From: an uncultured Acidobacteriota bacterium
GTDB lineage: Bacteria; Acidobacteriota; Vicinamibacteria; Vicinamibacterales; UBA2999
Reading direction: 5' to 3'
Length of the DNA stretch: 64,000 bases
Assembly: GCA_963762925.1 (NCBI GenBank)
Contig: CAVXMP010000022.1
Location: 101,295 to 165,294, forward strand
The position numbers were made by a program, and so were the translations under genes. This document shows positions 1 to 8,712 of this stretch, piece after piece. Every line of letters starts with the position of its first letter. Positions within the stretch are counted from its first letter, which is position 1. Under the pieces are notes generated by a model. The model saw nothing but the letters and a program-made list of their open reading frames with translations. It was not told where the DNA came from and did not search any database.

Positions 1-614
1 TGCATCCCGCCCATGCCGTTATCGGTGCCCAGGTACTCCGCGTCGGGGCGTATGTCGAGCAACGAGATGCCGCGGACCGCGAGTTGTTGTTGAATGAACG
101 CCGCGTCGGCCAGGCGGGCCGCGTTCGGCGCCGGCGTAAACGCCCCGCGCTTGACCACTCGCGGGGCGCCGGTCTCGAGCGCGCGCTTCTCCGCTTTCCA
201 CGCGGTCAGACCGCCGTCGAGAAGCGCGACGCTCCGGTGACCGACAGCGTCGAGGGTGAAGAAGGCGCGCGCGGCCGCCACCGTGCTCGAGCCGTAGATG
301 ACCACGCGGGACGAGTCGGACACGCCGGCCGCTTCGAAAACGCGCTCGAGAATCGCGGTCTCGGGCAATTCGGATCCGACGCCGCGATCGCCGTCGACCG
401 CGAAGTCGCCGTAGCGAAGGAAGCGCGCCCCGGGAATGTGCCCGTCGGCGAATGCCGATTCGCGATCGGCGACGTGAAGGACGACGAGCGCAGGATCCTT
501 CAACTGGCCGGCAAGATCGGCCGTCGCGACCAGGAGATCAGGTCGCAGATCACGCGGCGTGGGCTGTGCGGCGACGCCGGCAATCGCGGTGAGAACGAGG
601 ATCAGGCGAAGCAT
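1..614 (-). CDS. rhodanese-domain sulfurtransferase (thiosulfate sulfurtransferase-like); 3' end lies outside the window
   Basis: Absent from the ORF track because it runs off the window. Reverse complement from ATG 614-612 reads MLRLILVLTAIAGVAAQ (signal-like) ...VVLHVADRESAFADGHIPGARFL...RVVIYGSS...LLDGGLTAWKAEKRALE...LLDIRPDAEY, typical of tandem rhodanese domains. Confidence 0.7.
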   Translation of the reverse strand, partial: MLRLILVLTAIAGVAAQPTPRDLRPDLLVATADLAGQLKDPALVVLHVADRESAFADGHIPGARFLRYGDFAVDGDRGVGSELPETAILERVFEAAGVSDSSRVVIYGSSTVAAARAFFTLDAVGHRSVALLDGGLTAWKAEKRALETGAPRVVKRGAFTPAPNAARLADAAFIQQQLAVRGISLLDIRPDAEYLGTDNGMGGM

Positions 615-724
615 GTTGTCTCCTGTCGAGGCTCGACAAGAGCATGCCGTGTCTCTTGTCGGGTGTCAACAGGAGAGAACGCCCCTCCCCCACTATCCAG
701 GGATGGGGAGTGGGACGAGATTGC

Positions 725-763
725 ATTTGGAGATTTGGAGATTTGGGGATTTGGGATTTGGAG
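725..763. repeat. 8-nt tandem repeat (ATTTGGAG)n, about 5 units
   Basis: atttggag atttggag atttgggg atttggg atttggag. It lies in the gap between the hypothetical gene stop (820) and the rhodanese gene start (614). Confidence 0.9.
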
Positions 764-819
764 ACGTCGTGAGGCGAGGAGAGCGCCCACGCGCGCTCAC
801 TCCTCGCGCGGCGGCGGTG

Positions 820-1633
820 TCAACGCTTCACGACCGCGGCAAAACACCACTCAGGAAACGCCGGCATCATCGGTTGTGGGCCTGCGGGCTGCACGCGGGG
901 GCGGCGTTTTGCGCGAACGACGTCGTAGTGCCCATAAAAGTGATTCGCCGGCGAGGAAACGCCGAGGCCACAGACGCAGGTGTTGGAAATCATGATTGAC
1001 GTCGCCGCGGTGAACCGCAACACGCGCTGCCGGTCGAGCCTGACTGACAGCTCCTGTTCAAACGGGATCACAATCCGAAACCGCGGAAGACAATAGCGCG
1101 CGGGACCAAGCGGTGTGCCCTCGTCCACGAACTCGACTTTTCGGATGGGTCCCGCCGCCAGCGCAGTGATGTGACCAGCCGACAGTTCAATGGTCGCAGC
1201 CGTAGGACAGGCAGGATCCATCTTCGAAGACTCCGCAAGCATGCCGATGTCGGGAAGCCAATTGATGCTCGTGGCGTTCTTGTCTGGTTTTTGCGTCACG
1301 TCGACCTTGGTCTCGTCCGCGGTCAGCTGCCCGCTCGCGCCGAGAATCTCAACGTCGGTACCGAGCAAATCCCAGAGGCCGATATCGCGATCTTCTCCCG
1401 GTAAGTGAAACGGCGGCGTCGGCATCCGGTCCTCGCACGCCGCGTGCCATCTCCTCGCTGATCACAAGACCAAGCGCCGCAAAATGACGCTGGAATCCCG
1501 CCGAGGCAAGGTCAACCAACTGCACGGTGGCCGTGGCCATCTTCTTGTCGAAGACGAGCGTCGCGATGCCCGAAAAATCAATCGTGAGTTCTTGCAGCGT
1601 GCCTTTCTTCGCGTGCTTTTTTGACGGGGTCAT
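820..1633 (-). CDS. hypothetical protein, third gene of the sigma/anti-sigma-CHAT operon; one apparent frameshift near 1349-1425
   Basis: ORFs 1349..1633 (MTPSKKHAKKGTLQELTIDFSG...) and 820..1425 (...ISNTCVCGLGVSSPANHFYGHYDVV...) overlap in different frames and read as one ~270 aa protein. It starts 27 nt after the CHAT gene stop. I recognise no family and see no signal peptide. Confidence 0.5.
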
Positions 1634-1660
1634 GGCTGGGGGCTCTCCTTCGGTGACGCT

Positions 1661-4600
1661 TCATTCCAGACCGTATGCGGCAGTACCGATCCAGGTCGCG
1701 GCCGACGCACGGCAGGACATCGAGGCATAACAGACGCGTTGCGCGCGCGCGAGGGCCAGCGCCGCCGGGACGCCGTGCACGAGCGCGCGGTGTACTTCGA
1801 GAAAAAAGGGCTCGCTCGCGACATCGTCCAACTGCCAGAGCGTCCCGATGACGGATGTTGCTCCGGCGCGCAAAAACGCCGCCGTGATGGTGTTGGCGCC
1901 GGCGGTGCGTTCTGTCGCACCTGCCGCGGTTTCGCACGCCGCAAGCACCACCCGCGCGCGTGTCACACGTCCAACCAGATCGATATCGCTCAATCCATCG
2001 CGCGGTTCAGTCGCCGATCCCGCTAGCAGAATGCGCGAGCGCGTATCGGTAGAGCCTGCGACGGCATGGCCGGCAAAATGTACGACGTTCGCTCCCGACA
2101 GCCGCGAGAGCACCGCATTCTTTGTCGCACCTTCGCCAACCAGCACCGAGGCGGTTGGGTAAAGAGCCGCGACGTGGTACGCCTCTTCGCGCGCGCCCAT
2201 TAGTGCGGCGAAGCCGCTGGCCGCCGCATTCACAATGGCAGGCTCGCCGATTGCCAGGACGGAAGCCTCAGACCTCGAGCGCTCCTCGTCTATGGCTCCC
2301 GCAGCAAAGGCGAGATTCGAGGCCATTCGAACGGTGGCGCGTTCAAACACGAACTGGCGCGCGCGGCCATCGAGAAGCGAGCCGAACGGCACTGCACTGA
2401 GCGGTCCACTTGGGATGATGACGATGTGCTCGGCAGAGTCGACTCCCGGAAGATCGTGCAGCACGAGATCGTAAAGCGCCGACAGGGTACGACGCCATGT
2501 ATCTTCGTTTCGGGATCCGCGCGCGACCTGAACGCGCAACGAGGCTGCGAGCTCCGCGACCATACGCGGCTCGATGGGTCGCTGCACAAATCGCAGCCCA
2601 TCGCGTGTCGCCACCCACGTGAGCAGGGTGTCCTTGCCGAAGAGAAAGTAGATGACGATGGAACGGTCGTCGACAGCGAGCGCGAGATCGACCGCTTCTA
2701 CCGACGTCAATCGGGCCTGTTCTGGAACGCCGTCGAGGATTTCGCGGAGCCGTTCAGCAAGAAAAAGCCCCGCCGTCGTGCGAAGCGCCGGCCGCGCCTC
2801 CACGAGTGCGGCGATCGCATCAAAGGCCTCGCTGGCGTCGGCGAGTTGAATCGGCTGCGAAGCGGGGCTGCGTGCGCCGAGTAACGTGATCGCGTCGTTG
2901 ATGTCTCGCTCGGCCGCGGTGTCTCGGGAAAGTTCAGCCAGCAACCTCGCGCGCTGAAGCAAGGCGCTCGGTTTGTAGAGGGCGCGCTCCGGCCCGAGAG
3001 CGGACAGCGCCTGGTCAATGGTGCTGAGTGCCTGTGTGAAATGGCCTTCCTGTTGAAGAATCGCGGACTCGATCGCGCCGAGAAGTGGTCGGACGCGCTC
3101 GGCCCGAAGGTCACTGGACTCGGCGAGAAGCGTCCGGGCGGTGGTCACTGCGTCACGTGCGGCGGCGAGGTCGCCGTCAGTCAGCGCTGCCTTGGATTGT
3201 TCAACCAGCGCCAACAGACGCTGCAGGGATCCGACGCCGGAGAATCTGCTGTGCTCGACAACGCCGGTAAATGCCCGCGCGACTTCCCATTCGCCCTTGC
3301 GAGACAGGAACACCGAGGTGGTCAGTAAGGTGAGATACGCCTGACTCACAGAGGCGCTACGCGCATTGGTTCGCAGCGCGCGCATGCGCCATCGCCACGC
3401 GTCCACTGGAAGGCCCAGCAACTCGTGCAGGTCGGCCAGCTGCGACGACAGATTGCCAACCTGGCGCTGATACTTGGCGGCCTCGAACCGCGAGAGTGCC
3501 GCCATGTAACGGGTGGTTGCGCCTTGATAATCACCTTGAAACATGACTCGATAGCCATCAAGACGCTCCGCCCGCCCCAGGATGTACGCGTGCCCGGCGA
3601 GTTCGCCAGCGGCAACGGCGGCAATGAATCGCTGTTGCGCCCTCGCGTGGTCGCGGCGGACAACGTCGATATTGCCCAGCTCGACATCGCAAAGCGACGA
3701 CAGCACCGTGGGGGGCGACGTGCACGCGGCGCGCAGCTCGGTTTCCATCCCTGGCAGATCGTCGCGATCCCACTTGACCAGGCCGCGGCCGAACGCCTGC
3801 AACCGCACCGCTAGGCCAGTCGCATTTCCGCTACCGGTGAGTGCCACAAGGTCCGCCGCAAACGGGTCCCCCGAGGCGTCGCTGATCTGTTGGGCGTAGT
3901 TGGCGAGCGTGAGGTGTTCTGCGGCTGCACGGTTGGCATCCTCCGACAGCGCGGCTGCGGCCCATCGGGGCAAGCCTTCGCGGAGGAGCCAATCCAGGCC
4001 AGCCTCGACCGACGTGTCGGTGATTGGCGGCGGAGAATTGTTGCGCGCGAGGTCGGGCGGCGGCATGGCCTGCTGTAGCTTCTCGAGACGCGCGCGCCCT
4101 TCTGACGCCCACCCAGAGCTGCTGTCGCGGGCCAGGTAGTCCTCCCACGCCTGCCGTGCCTGATCCTCCAGAAAGAGCGCCTCGAGGGCCACGGCGCGAT
4201 TGAAGCGCGCTTCGAGAAGCGCGTCGTCCGCCTTCAATGCACGTTCGGCGGCGCCGAGTGCGCGCGGGACGTCGTCGGGACGATCGTTCTGGCGCGCGCG
4301 CGCGAGATACGCGCCGGCAAGATCGCTGTGATAACGCCCGTTCTGCGGCGCCTCGGCCACCGCATCTTCGAGCGCCCGCACGGCTTCATCATGCTGGCCG
4401 AGCACCAGGTGCGCCACGCCAAGCGCATGAAGATTTGCAGCCGAGGGATCGCGGTCGGCTTCCTCGCGGATCCTGCCGGCAGCGGCAAAGAGCGTCCAGT
4501 TGTCCGGCACGGCGGAGCTCCCCCCGGAGCGCACAGCCGCACGTAATGGACCGTAGGCAAACCCGCCGGTGAGGCGGGCCTCAATCGTCCGCTCGTTACC

Positions 4601-4996
4601 CACCGCATCGGCAAGATCCGCGAGTTTCGAGTCGATGCTTCGTCCGCCCAACAACCACCGCGAGGGCGGCAGTTCGAACATGAACGACAGCATCGCCGCG
4701 GCCGCGACCACCCACGCAACCCCCCACACCAGTGTTCTTGTGGAAGGCGTGCCAACCCCGACGAGCGGCTCCCTCGCGAGAGCACTCGCCGAGACGACAA
4801 CGGGGTCGTGGACCGCACTCTGCGTCTCGAGCACGTGCGCGACCACCACGCGGCAGTCGTCGCAGCCCGCGACATGGGCCTCGATCGCTGCGCTTTCGGT
4901 CGCACTCAAGCCCCGGTCGAGCCACGCCGCCAGGGCCTCTGGATCCGGGCAGGAATGTCCGACCGTTTCCATCGTTATGTGGTTAGACGGACTCAA
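1661..4996 (-). CDS. anti-sigma factor (zf-HC2) with one TM helix, TPR region and C-terminal CHAT (caspase-like) protease domain
   Basis: Intact 1111 aa ORF. N-terminus has HVAGCDDCRVVVAHVLE (H-x3-C-x2-C anti-sigma zinc motif) and TM-like TLVWGVAWVVAAAAMLSFMF. TPR-like helical repeats follow. C-terminus has the CHAT dyad context VVHFAGHA and VVLAACETAAG. Confidence 0.85.
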   Translation of the reverse strand: MSPSNHITMETVGHSCPDPEALAAWLDRGLSATESAAIEAHVAGCDDCRVVVAHVLETQSAVHDPVVVSASALAREPLVGVGTPSTRTLVWGVAWVVAAAAMLSFMFELPPSRWLLGGRSIDSKLADLADAVGNERTIEARLTGGFAYGPLRAAVRSGGSSAVPDNWTLFAAAGRIREEADRDPSAANLHALGVAHLVLGQHDEAVRALEDAVAEAPQNGRYHSDLAGAYLARARQNDRPDDVPRALGAAERALKADDALLEARFNRAVALEALFLEDQARQAWEDYLARDSSSGWASEGRARLEKLQQAMPPPDLARNNSPPPITDTSVEAGLDWLLREGLPRWAAAALSEDANRAAAEHLTLANYAQQISDASGDPFAADLVALTGSGNATGLAVRLQAFGRGLVKWDRDDLPGMETELRAACTSPPTVLSSLCDVELGNIDVVRRDHARAQQRFIAAVAAGELAGHAYILGRAERLDGYRVMFQGDYQGATTRYMAALSRFEAAKYQRQVGNLSSQLADLHELLGLPVDAWRWRMRALRTNARSASVSQAYLTLLTTSVFLSRKGEWEVARAFTGVVEHSRFSGVGSLQRLLALVEQSKAALTDGDLAAARDAVTTARTLLAESSDLRAERVRPLLGAIESAILQQEGHFTQALSTIDQALSALGPERALYKPSALLQRARLLAELSRDTAAERDINDAITLLGARSPASQPIQLADASEAFDAIAALVEARPALRTTAGLFLAERLREILDGVPEQARLTSVEAVDLALAVDDRSIVIYFLFGKDTLLTWVATRDGLRFVQRPIEPRMVAELAASLRVQVARGSRNEDTWRRTLSALYDLVLHDLPGVDSAEHIVIIPSGPLSAVPFGSLLDGRARQFVFERATVRMASNLAFAAGAIDEERSRSEASVLAIGEPAIVNAAASGFAALMGAREEAYHVAALYPTASVLVGEGATKNAVLSRLSGANVVHFAGHAVAGSTDTRSRILLAGSATEPRDGLSDIDLVGRVTRARVVLAACETAAGATERTAGANTITAAFLRAGATSVIGTLWQLDDVASEPFFLEVHRALVHGVPAALALARAQRVCYASMSCRASAATWIGTAAYGLE

Positions 4997-5810
4997 TTCC
5001 CGGTTCTCCCGCGGGTTCGGGACCGCTCGAGAACACGCGCCCCAGCGTCAGGGCCGGGTGACCGACCACTCGTTCGATATCGTTGGCTTCGACGCCGCGC
5101 TCGTGCAGCTTTCTGCGCAGCAGGTCGACGATCTGTTGCAGCTGTCGATACAGCCGCTTCGGAGGGATGTGCACCAGCCGACCAATGTCGGTCATCGACA
5201 GACCATCCGCGAATCGGAATTTCAGGACCAGTCGGTCGAGTGTTGCGAGGTCGCCGACGGCATCGACGAGGGCTCGCTCGACACGTTCGGCAATCTCGAG
5301 ATCGTGGTGGTGATCGAGCGCGTGATCGATGGCGCCGGCTTGCGCTCCAACGAGCGTCAGTTCCTGTTCACTCGCGAACCGACGCGGCGCGCGCACCGGT
5401 AACTGACGGTAGAGGCCCTGGAGCTCCTCACGTGTCGCCTTGCATTGATGATCGATTTGCAGCGTGCTGACCGCTTCCTCAAAGGTCCGGCCATCGCGGC
5501 ACAGCAGCTGCTCGAGCAACACCGCCAGTGGACCGAGGCGTTTCGCGGCAGACGACGGCCGCCACTTGCCCCAGCGCGCAATGCAGAAGTCGAGATAGAG
5601 CCGCTCGATGACCGTCGTCAGGTAAGTCGCGAGATTGCTCCGTCCCTGGAATTTCCGCAGGATGGCGAAGTCGCGATCGATCAGCTTGAAGCGGACGACG
5701 CTGGCGAATTCCTCCGCATCGGGTGGCGTCAGATGATGACGACGCGCGATGTACCGCACGACACGCTCGACGAGATCGAGATGTTCGAGAAGGAGTTTTT
5801 GGTAATCCAC
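4983..5810 (-). CDS. sigma-70 family (ECF-like) RNA polymerase sigma factor with extended linker
   Basis: 275 aa, GTG start. Region 2-like DAEEFASVVRFKLIDRDFAILRKFQGRSNLATYLTTVIERLYLDF and region 4.2 HTH-like GLSMTDIGRLVHIPPKRLYRQLQQIVDLLRRKL. Its stop overlaps the anti-sigma start by 14 nt. Confidence 0.8.
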   Translation of the reverse strand: MDYQKLLLEHLDLVERVVRYIARRHHLTPPDAEEFASVVRFKLIDRDFAILRKFQGRSNLATYLTTVIERLYLDFCIARWGKWRPSSAAKRLGPLAVLLEQLLCRDGRTFEEAVSTLQIDHQCKATREELQGLYRQLPVRAPRRFASEQELTLVGAQAGAIDHALDHHHDLEIAERVERALVDAVGDLATLDRLVLKFRFADGLSMTDIGRLVHIPPKRLYRQLQQIVDLLRRKLHERGVEANDIERVVGHPALTLGRVFSSGPEPAGEPGIESV

Positions 5811-5833
5811 CGACGCGCCGGGTTAGGTCAGCG

Positions 5834-5839
5834 GATTAT
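5834..5839 (-). promoter_or_regulatory. candidate -10 box (perfect TATAAT) upstream of the sigma factor gene
   Basis: Minus strand reads ...cttgcagaaccgaacagcaccTATAATccgctgacctaacccggcgcgtcgGTG. TATAAT lies 23 nt before the GTG start. An ECF-like GAACC-N17-CG arrangement overlaps it. The -35 is weak. Confidence 0.3.
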
Positions 5840-5927
5840 AGGTGCTGTTCGGTTCTGCAAGGAAGATGTTGTGAGCCGTGCACCCTTGCCACGCACCAGG
5901 CCGGCAGGCGCCGAGGCCCGGAGCTCG

Positions 5928-5965
5928 CCCAAGCCGCAAGCCCCAAGCCTCGAGCCCCCAGCTCC
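5928..5965. repeat. degenerate 8-nt tandem repeat, CAAGCCCC type
   Basis: cccaagccg caagcccc aagcctcg agccccca gctcc. It lies between the sigma gene start and the hydrolase gene stop. The same unit family occurs at 29464-29524. Confidence 0.7.
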
Positions 5966-5973
5966 GCTATGCT

Positions 5974-7176
5974 TCACGGCTGCGACGTCTGAGGCGTGAT
6001 CGCGTCGATCACCTGCCTGAAGAATTCCTCTTTCCCATTTCCATGCCAGCGCCAGACGATCACCAGATCGTGGTCGGGCGAGACGAAGATCGTGTTGCTG
6101 CCGGCGCCCTGCGCCTGGAACGAGTTGGTCGGCAGCGTCTTCGCTCCGCCGCGCGTGTTGAGCCACCACAAGAAGCCGTAATCGGGGATGTTCTTGGCCT
6201 TGGCAGGTTCGAGCGCGAGCTTGACGTATTCGCGCGGAATCAGTTGCTTGTCCCCCCACTTGCCGCCGCGTAGCCAGAGATAGCCGAACCTCGCCATGTC
6301 TGAGGCATTGATCCACACACCGCCGCCCCAGCGAGTCCCGCCGCTCACCGATGGCATCTTCTTCCCGTCAACCTCGGCGTAGCTGTTGTTGTACGGAATC
6401 CATTGCCAGGTATTCGAGGCGCCGATCGGGTTCATGATCTCGTCGCGGAAGACTTCCGGAATTGGCTTCTTGAACATGCGGAGCAGCGACAGCGAAAAGC
6501 GGTTGATGCGCACGTCGTTATATTCGTAGAACGTCCCCGGCTCTTCGAGGTCGCGCGGCTTGCGCTCGCCGTCACCGAACGCGACGGTACCCACGAAGTC
6601 GTGCTTCTTCCCCCACATCTCGCCTTCCCACTCGGTCGTTTGCTGCAGGTGGTTCTTCCAGGTGACTTTGGTGTTCTGGCGCGAGTCGTAGCCGCCGTCT
6701 TTGATCTGCAGGCTGACTGGCGATTCGAGGTTGGTGATCAGACGCTCGCGCATCGCGACGCCGGCGACCGTCGACAGCATGCTCTTCGCCACCGAATAGG
6801 TTGGCGCCACGTTGGTGATGTCGCCAAACTCCGCCGCCACATACCCGTGGCGAATGATCAGGCCGTTGGTGCCGGCGCGGCTCTTTGGGATGGGCCCGAG
6901 CAACGTGCCGAAGATCTTCTCCTGGGTTGAAAAATCGCGCGGCCAGTTGGTCTCGCGGGTCTGCGCAAAGGCTATCGCCGCGTCGAGCTTGGCCGCGTCC
7001 ATTCCAAGATCGGCGGGCGCCTTTTTCGCCCATGATCCCGCGGGCGGGTAATACGTCTCTTGCGCGGCCGGCCTTCCCTGTGCCGCCGCCGGGGCCTGCG
7101 CCGCCGGGTTCGCCTGCCCGATGGCCAGGGAGAGCGCACACAGGAATGAGAGGCTCAGAACGATTCGTTTCGACAT
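5974..7176 (-). CDS. secreted serine hydrolase, beta-lactamase/transpeptidase-like family
   Basis: Signal peptide MSKRIVLSLSFLCALSLAIGQA and an SxxK motif (YSVAKS). I trimmed the start to the internal ATG at 7176, because the first 22 codons of track ORF 5974..7242 overlap the upstream gene. Confidence 0.8.
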   Translation of the reverse strand: MSKRIVLSLSFLCALSLAIGQANPAAQAPAAAQGRPAAQETYYPPAGSWAKKAPADLGMDAAKLDAAIAFAQTRETNWPRDFSTQEKIFGTLLGPIPKSRAGTNGLIIRHGYVAAEFGDITNVAPTYSVAKSMLSTVAGVAMRERLITNLESPVSLQIKDGGYDSRQNTKVTWKNHLQQTTEWEGEMWGKKHDFVGTVAFGDGERKPRDLEEPGTFYEYNDVRINRFSLSLLRMFKKPIPEVFRDEIMNPIGASNTWQWIPYNNSYAEVDGKKMPSVSGGTRWGGGVWINASDMARFGYLWLRGGKWGDKQLIPREYVKLALEPAKAKNIPDYGFLWWLNTRGGAKTLPTNSFQAQGAGSNTIFVSPDHDLVIVWRWHGNGKEEFFRQVIDAITPQTSQP

Positions 7177-7189
7177 GTGGTCACTCCCG

Positions 7190-8710
7190 TCACATCGTGA
7201 AGACTGCAGCCAGCGTTGTAATACCACGGAAGAAGTGTCCAATCCGAAGGTTCTCGTTTTCGCCGTGTTGATTGTTGTCGAAGTTGACGAGCGGCACCGT
7301 CAGCGCCGGGAACCCAAGCGCGTCAATAAATGGCGCAATCGGCACCGTCCCGCCCATCGTCCGGATCTCGACCGGGGGCTGACCGAACACGTCGGCCAGC
7401 GCGCGTGCAAGTTGGCGTGAAACGGGCAGCAGCGGCGACGTGCGATACGCATTGGTTCCATCGCCGCGACTCGAGACCTTGACGATCTTCGGGTGTTTGG
7501 CCCGTGTCTCATCATCCGGATCGGCGGTGACCACGTGCCATCCCTGTTTCCGGATGTGCGCGATGACGAGGTCGAGCTGGCGTTGAGCGGGCGTCTCTTT
7601 GACGAGGCGGATGTCGATGTCGGCGGTCGCCTTATCGGGAATGATCGTGCGCGCGTCGGCGCCGACGAATCCGCTGGAAAGGCCGCGCACGTTGAGCGAC
7701 GGCCATTGCAGCGCGTCCTGAAGCTTCAGCCCAGGTGATTCGGGAGCGGAAATGCCGAACAGTTTCTGAAGCGCGGCGGGATCGTCGGGCACGGCATCGA
7801 GAATCGCGCGCTCTGCCGCAGTCGGCGGCGCGATCCCATCGTAGAAGCCGTCGACAAGCACCTTGCCCGCGTCGTCCTTCATCGTTGCCAGCAACTCGAC
7901 GAGGCGCATCGCGGGATTTGGCGCCCAGTTGCCGTAGTGACCGCTATGCAGCGCGAACTTGGGGCCGAACACGGTGAGCTGCACGGTGACGTTGCCGCGT
8001 GCGCCGTAGACGATCGTCGGACGCTCGCTCGGATGAACAGGCGAATCGAGAATGATCATCGCGTCGGCTGTGAGCTTGTCTCGGTATTTCACGATGGCGG
8101 GAACAAGACTGGTCGACCCTGCTTCCTCTTCGCCGTCGAGGATCACGCGAATGTTCGATGAGGGTGCCACGCCAATCGTCTTGAGCGCATCGAGTGCCGC
8201 CAGGAGCGCGACGATCGGCGCTTTGTCGTCCGACGCCGAGCGCGCGTAGATTCGCTCGTTGGGCTCGAATGATTGGCGGCGAAGCGGGTCGCCGAGGTCT
8301 GCGGCGTTATCCTCCATGCGCCCATCGCGCAGGATCGGCGAAAAGGGCGTTGGCTGCCGCCACTCCTTGGCGTTGACCGGCTGCCCGTCGTAGTGCGCGT
8401 AGATGAGCAGCGTGCGCGTGGCACCCGGCGTCTTGAGCTCGCCCCAGACCAGCGGGTTGCCGGCGGTTTCGAGCAGCTCCGCGGTGAACCCGCGCCGCGC
8501 CAGCATCTGCTGCAGCAGGTCGGCGTTCTTGCGGATGTTTTCGCGATCCGCGGCGATGTTCGGGATCGCGAGCAGTTGCACGAGCTCGCGCACGATCGCT
8601 TGCTGATTCGCGCGCACCCACGCGTCCACCTGCTGGCGCAGGCTGGTCGGCGCTTGTTCCGCCGCGAGCACGAGGCTTGTTGACGCGATGAGCGAAGCAA
8701 GAATTTTCAA
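7190..8710 (-). CDS. M20 family metallopeptidase (dipeptidase-like)
   Basis: Motifs LLIYAHYDGQP, ARSASDDKAPIVALLAAL and ILDGEEEAGS. Likely TTG start at 8710 giving signal-like (M)KILASLIASTSLVLAAEQ. The longer track ORF runs into the upstream gene. Confidence 0.85.
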   Translation of the reverse strand: MKILASLIASTSLVLAAEQAPTSLRQQVDAWVRANQQAIVRELVQLLAIPNIAADRENIRKNADLLQQMLARRGFTAELLETAGNPLVWGELKTPGATRTLLIYAHYDGQPVNAKEWRQPTPFSPILRDGRMEDNAADLGDPLRRQSFEPNERIYARSASDDKAPIVALLAALDALKTIGVAPSSNIRVILDGEEEAGSTSLVPAIVKYRDKLTADAMIILDSPVHPSERPTIVYGARGNVTVQLTVFGPKFALHSGHYGNWAPNPAMRLVELLATMKDDAGKVLVDGFYDGIAPPTAAERAILDAVPDDPAALQKLFGISAPESPGLKLQDALQWPSLNVRGLSSGFVGADARTIIPDKATADIDIRLVKETPAQRQLDLVIAHIRKQGWHVVTADPDDETRAKHPKIVKVSSRGDGTNAYRTSPLLPVSRQLARALADVFGQPPVEIRTMGGTVPIAPFIDALGFPALTVPLVNFDNNQHGENENLRIGHFFRGITTLAAVFTM

Positions 8711-8712
8711 GT

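Noticed and set aside
84-995. Long ORFs antisense to or overlapping the real genes, for example 84..995 +, 35770..37668 -, 57645..58559 -, 42567..43724 + and 10371..11267 +.
   Set aside because: They are Arg/Ala/Pro-rich, low-complexity translations typical of off-frame reading in GC-rich DNA. Each overlaps a gene with clear family motifs on the other strand or in another frame.
1349-1425. Programmed frameshift in the third gene of the CHAT operon.
   Set aside because: I could identify no slippery heptamer or downstream stimulatory structure. Similar single-base frame breaks are scattered through unrelated genes, so an indel is the simpler explanation.
7177-7242. N-terminal extensions of several track ORFs: 5974..7242, 7190..8878, 11476..12837, 34897..37524, 44939..46153 and 29525..32698.
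   Set aside because: In each case an internal start is followed immediately by a clear signal peptide or a family-typical N-terminus. The extension overlaps the neighbouring gene or a repeat array.
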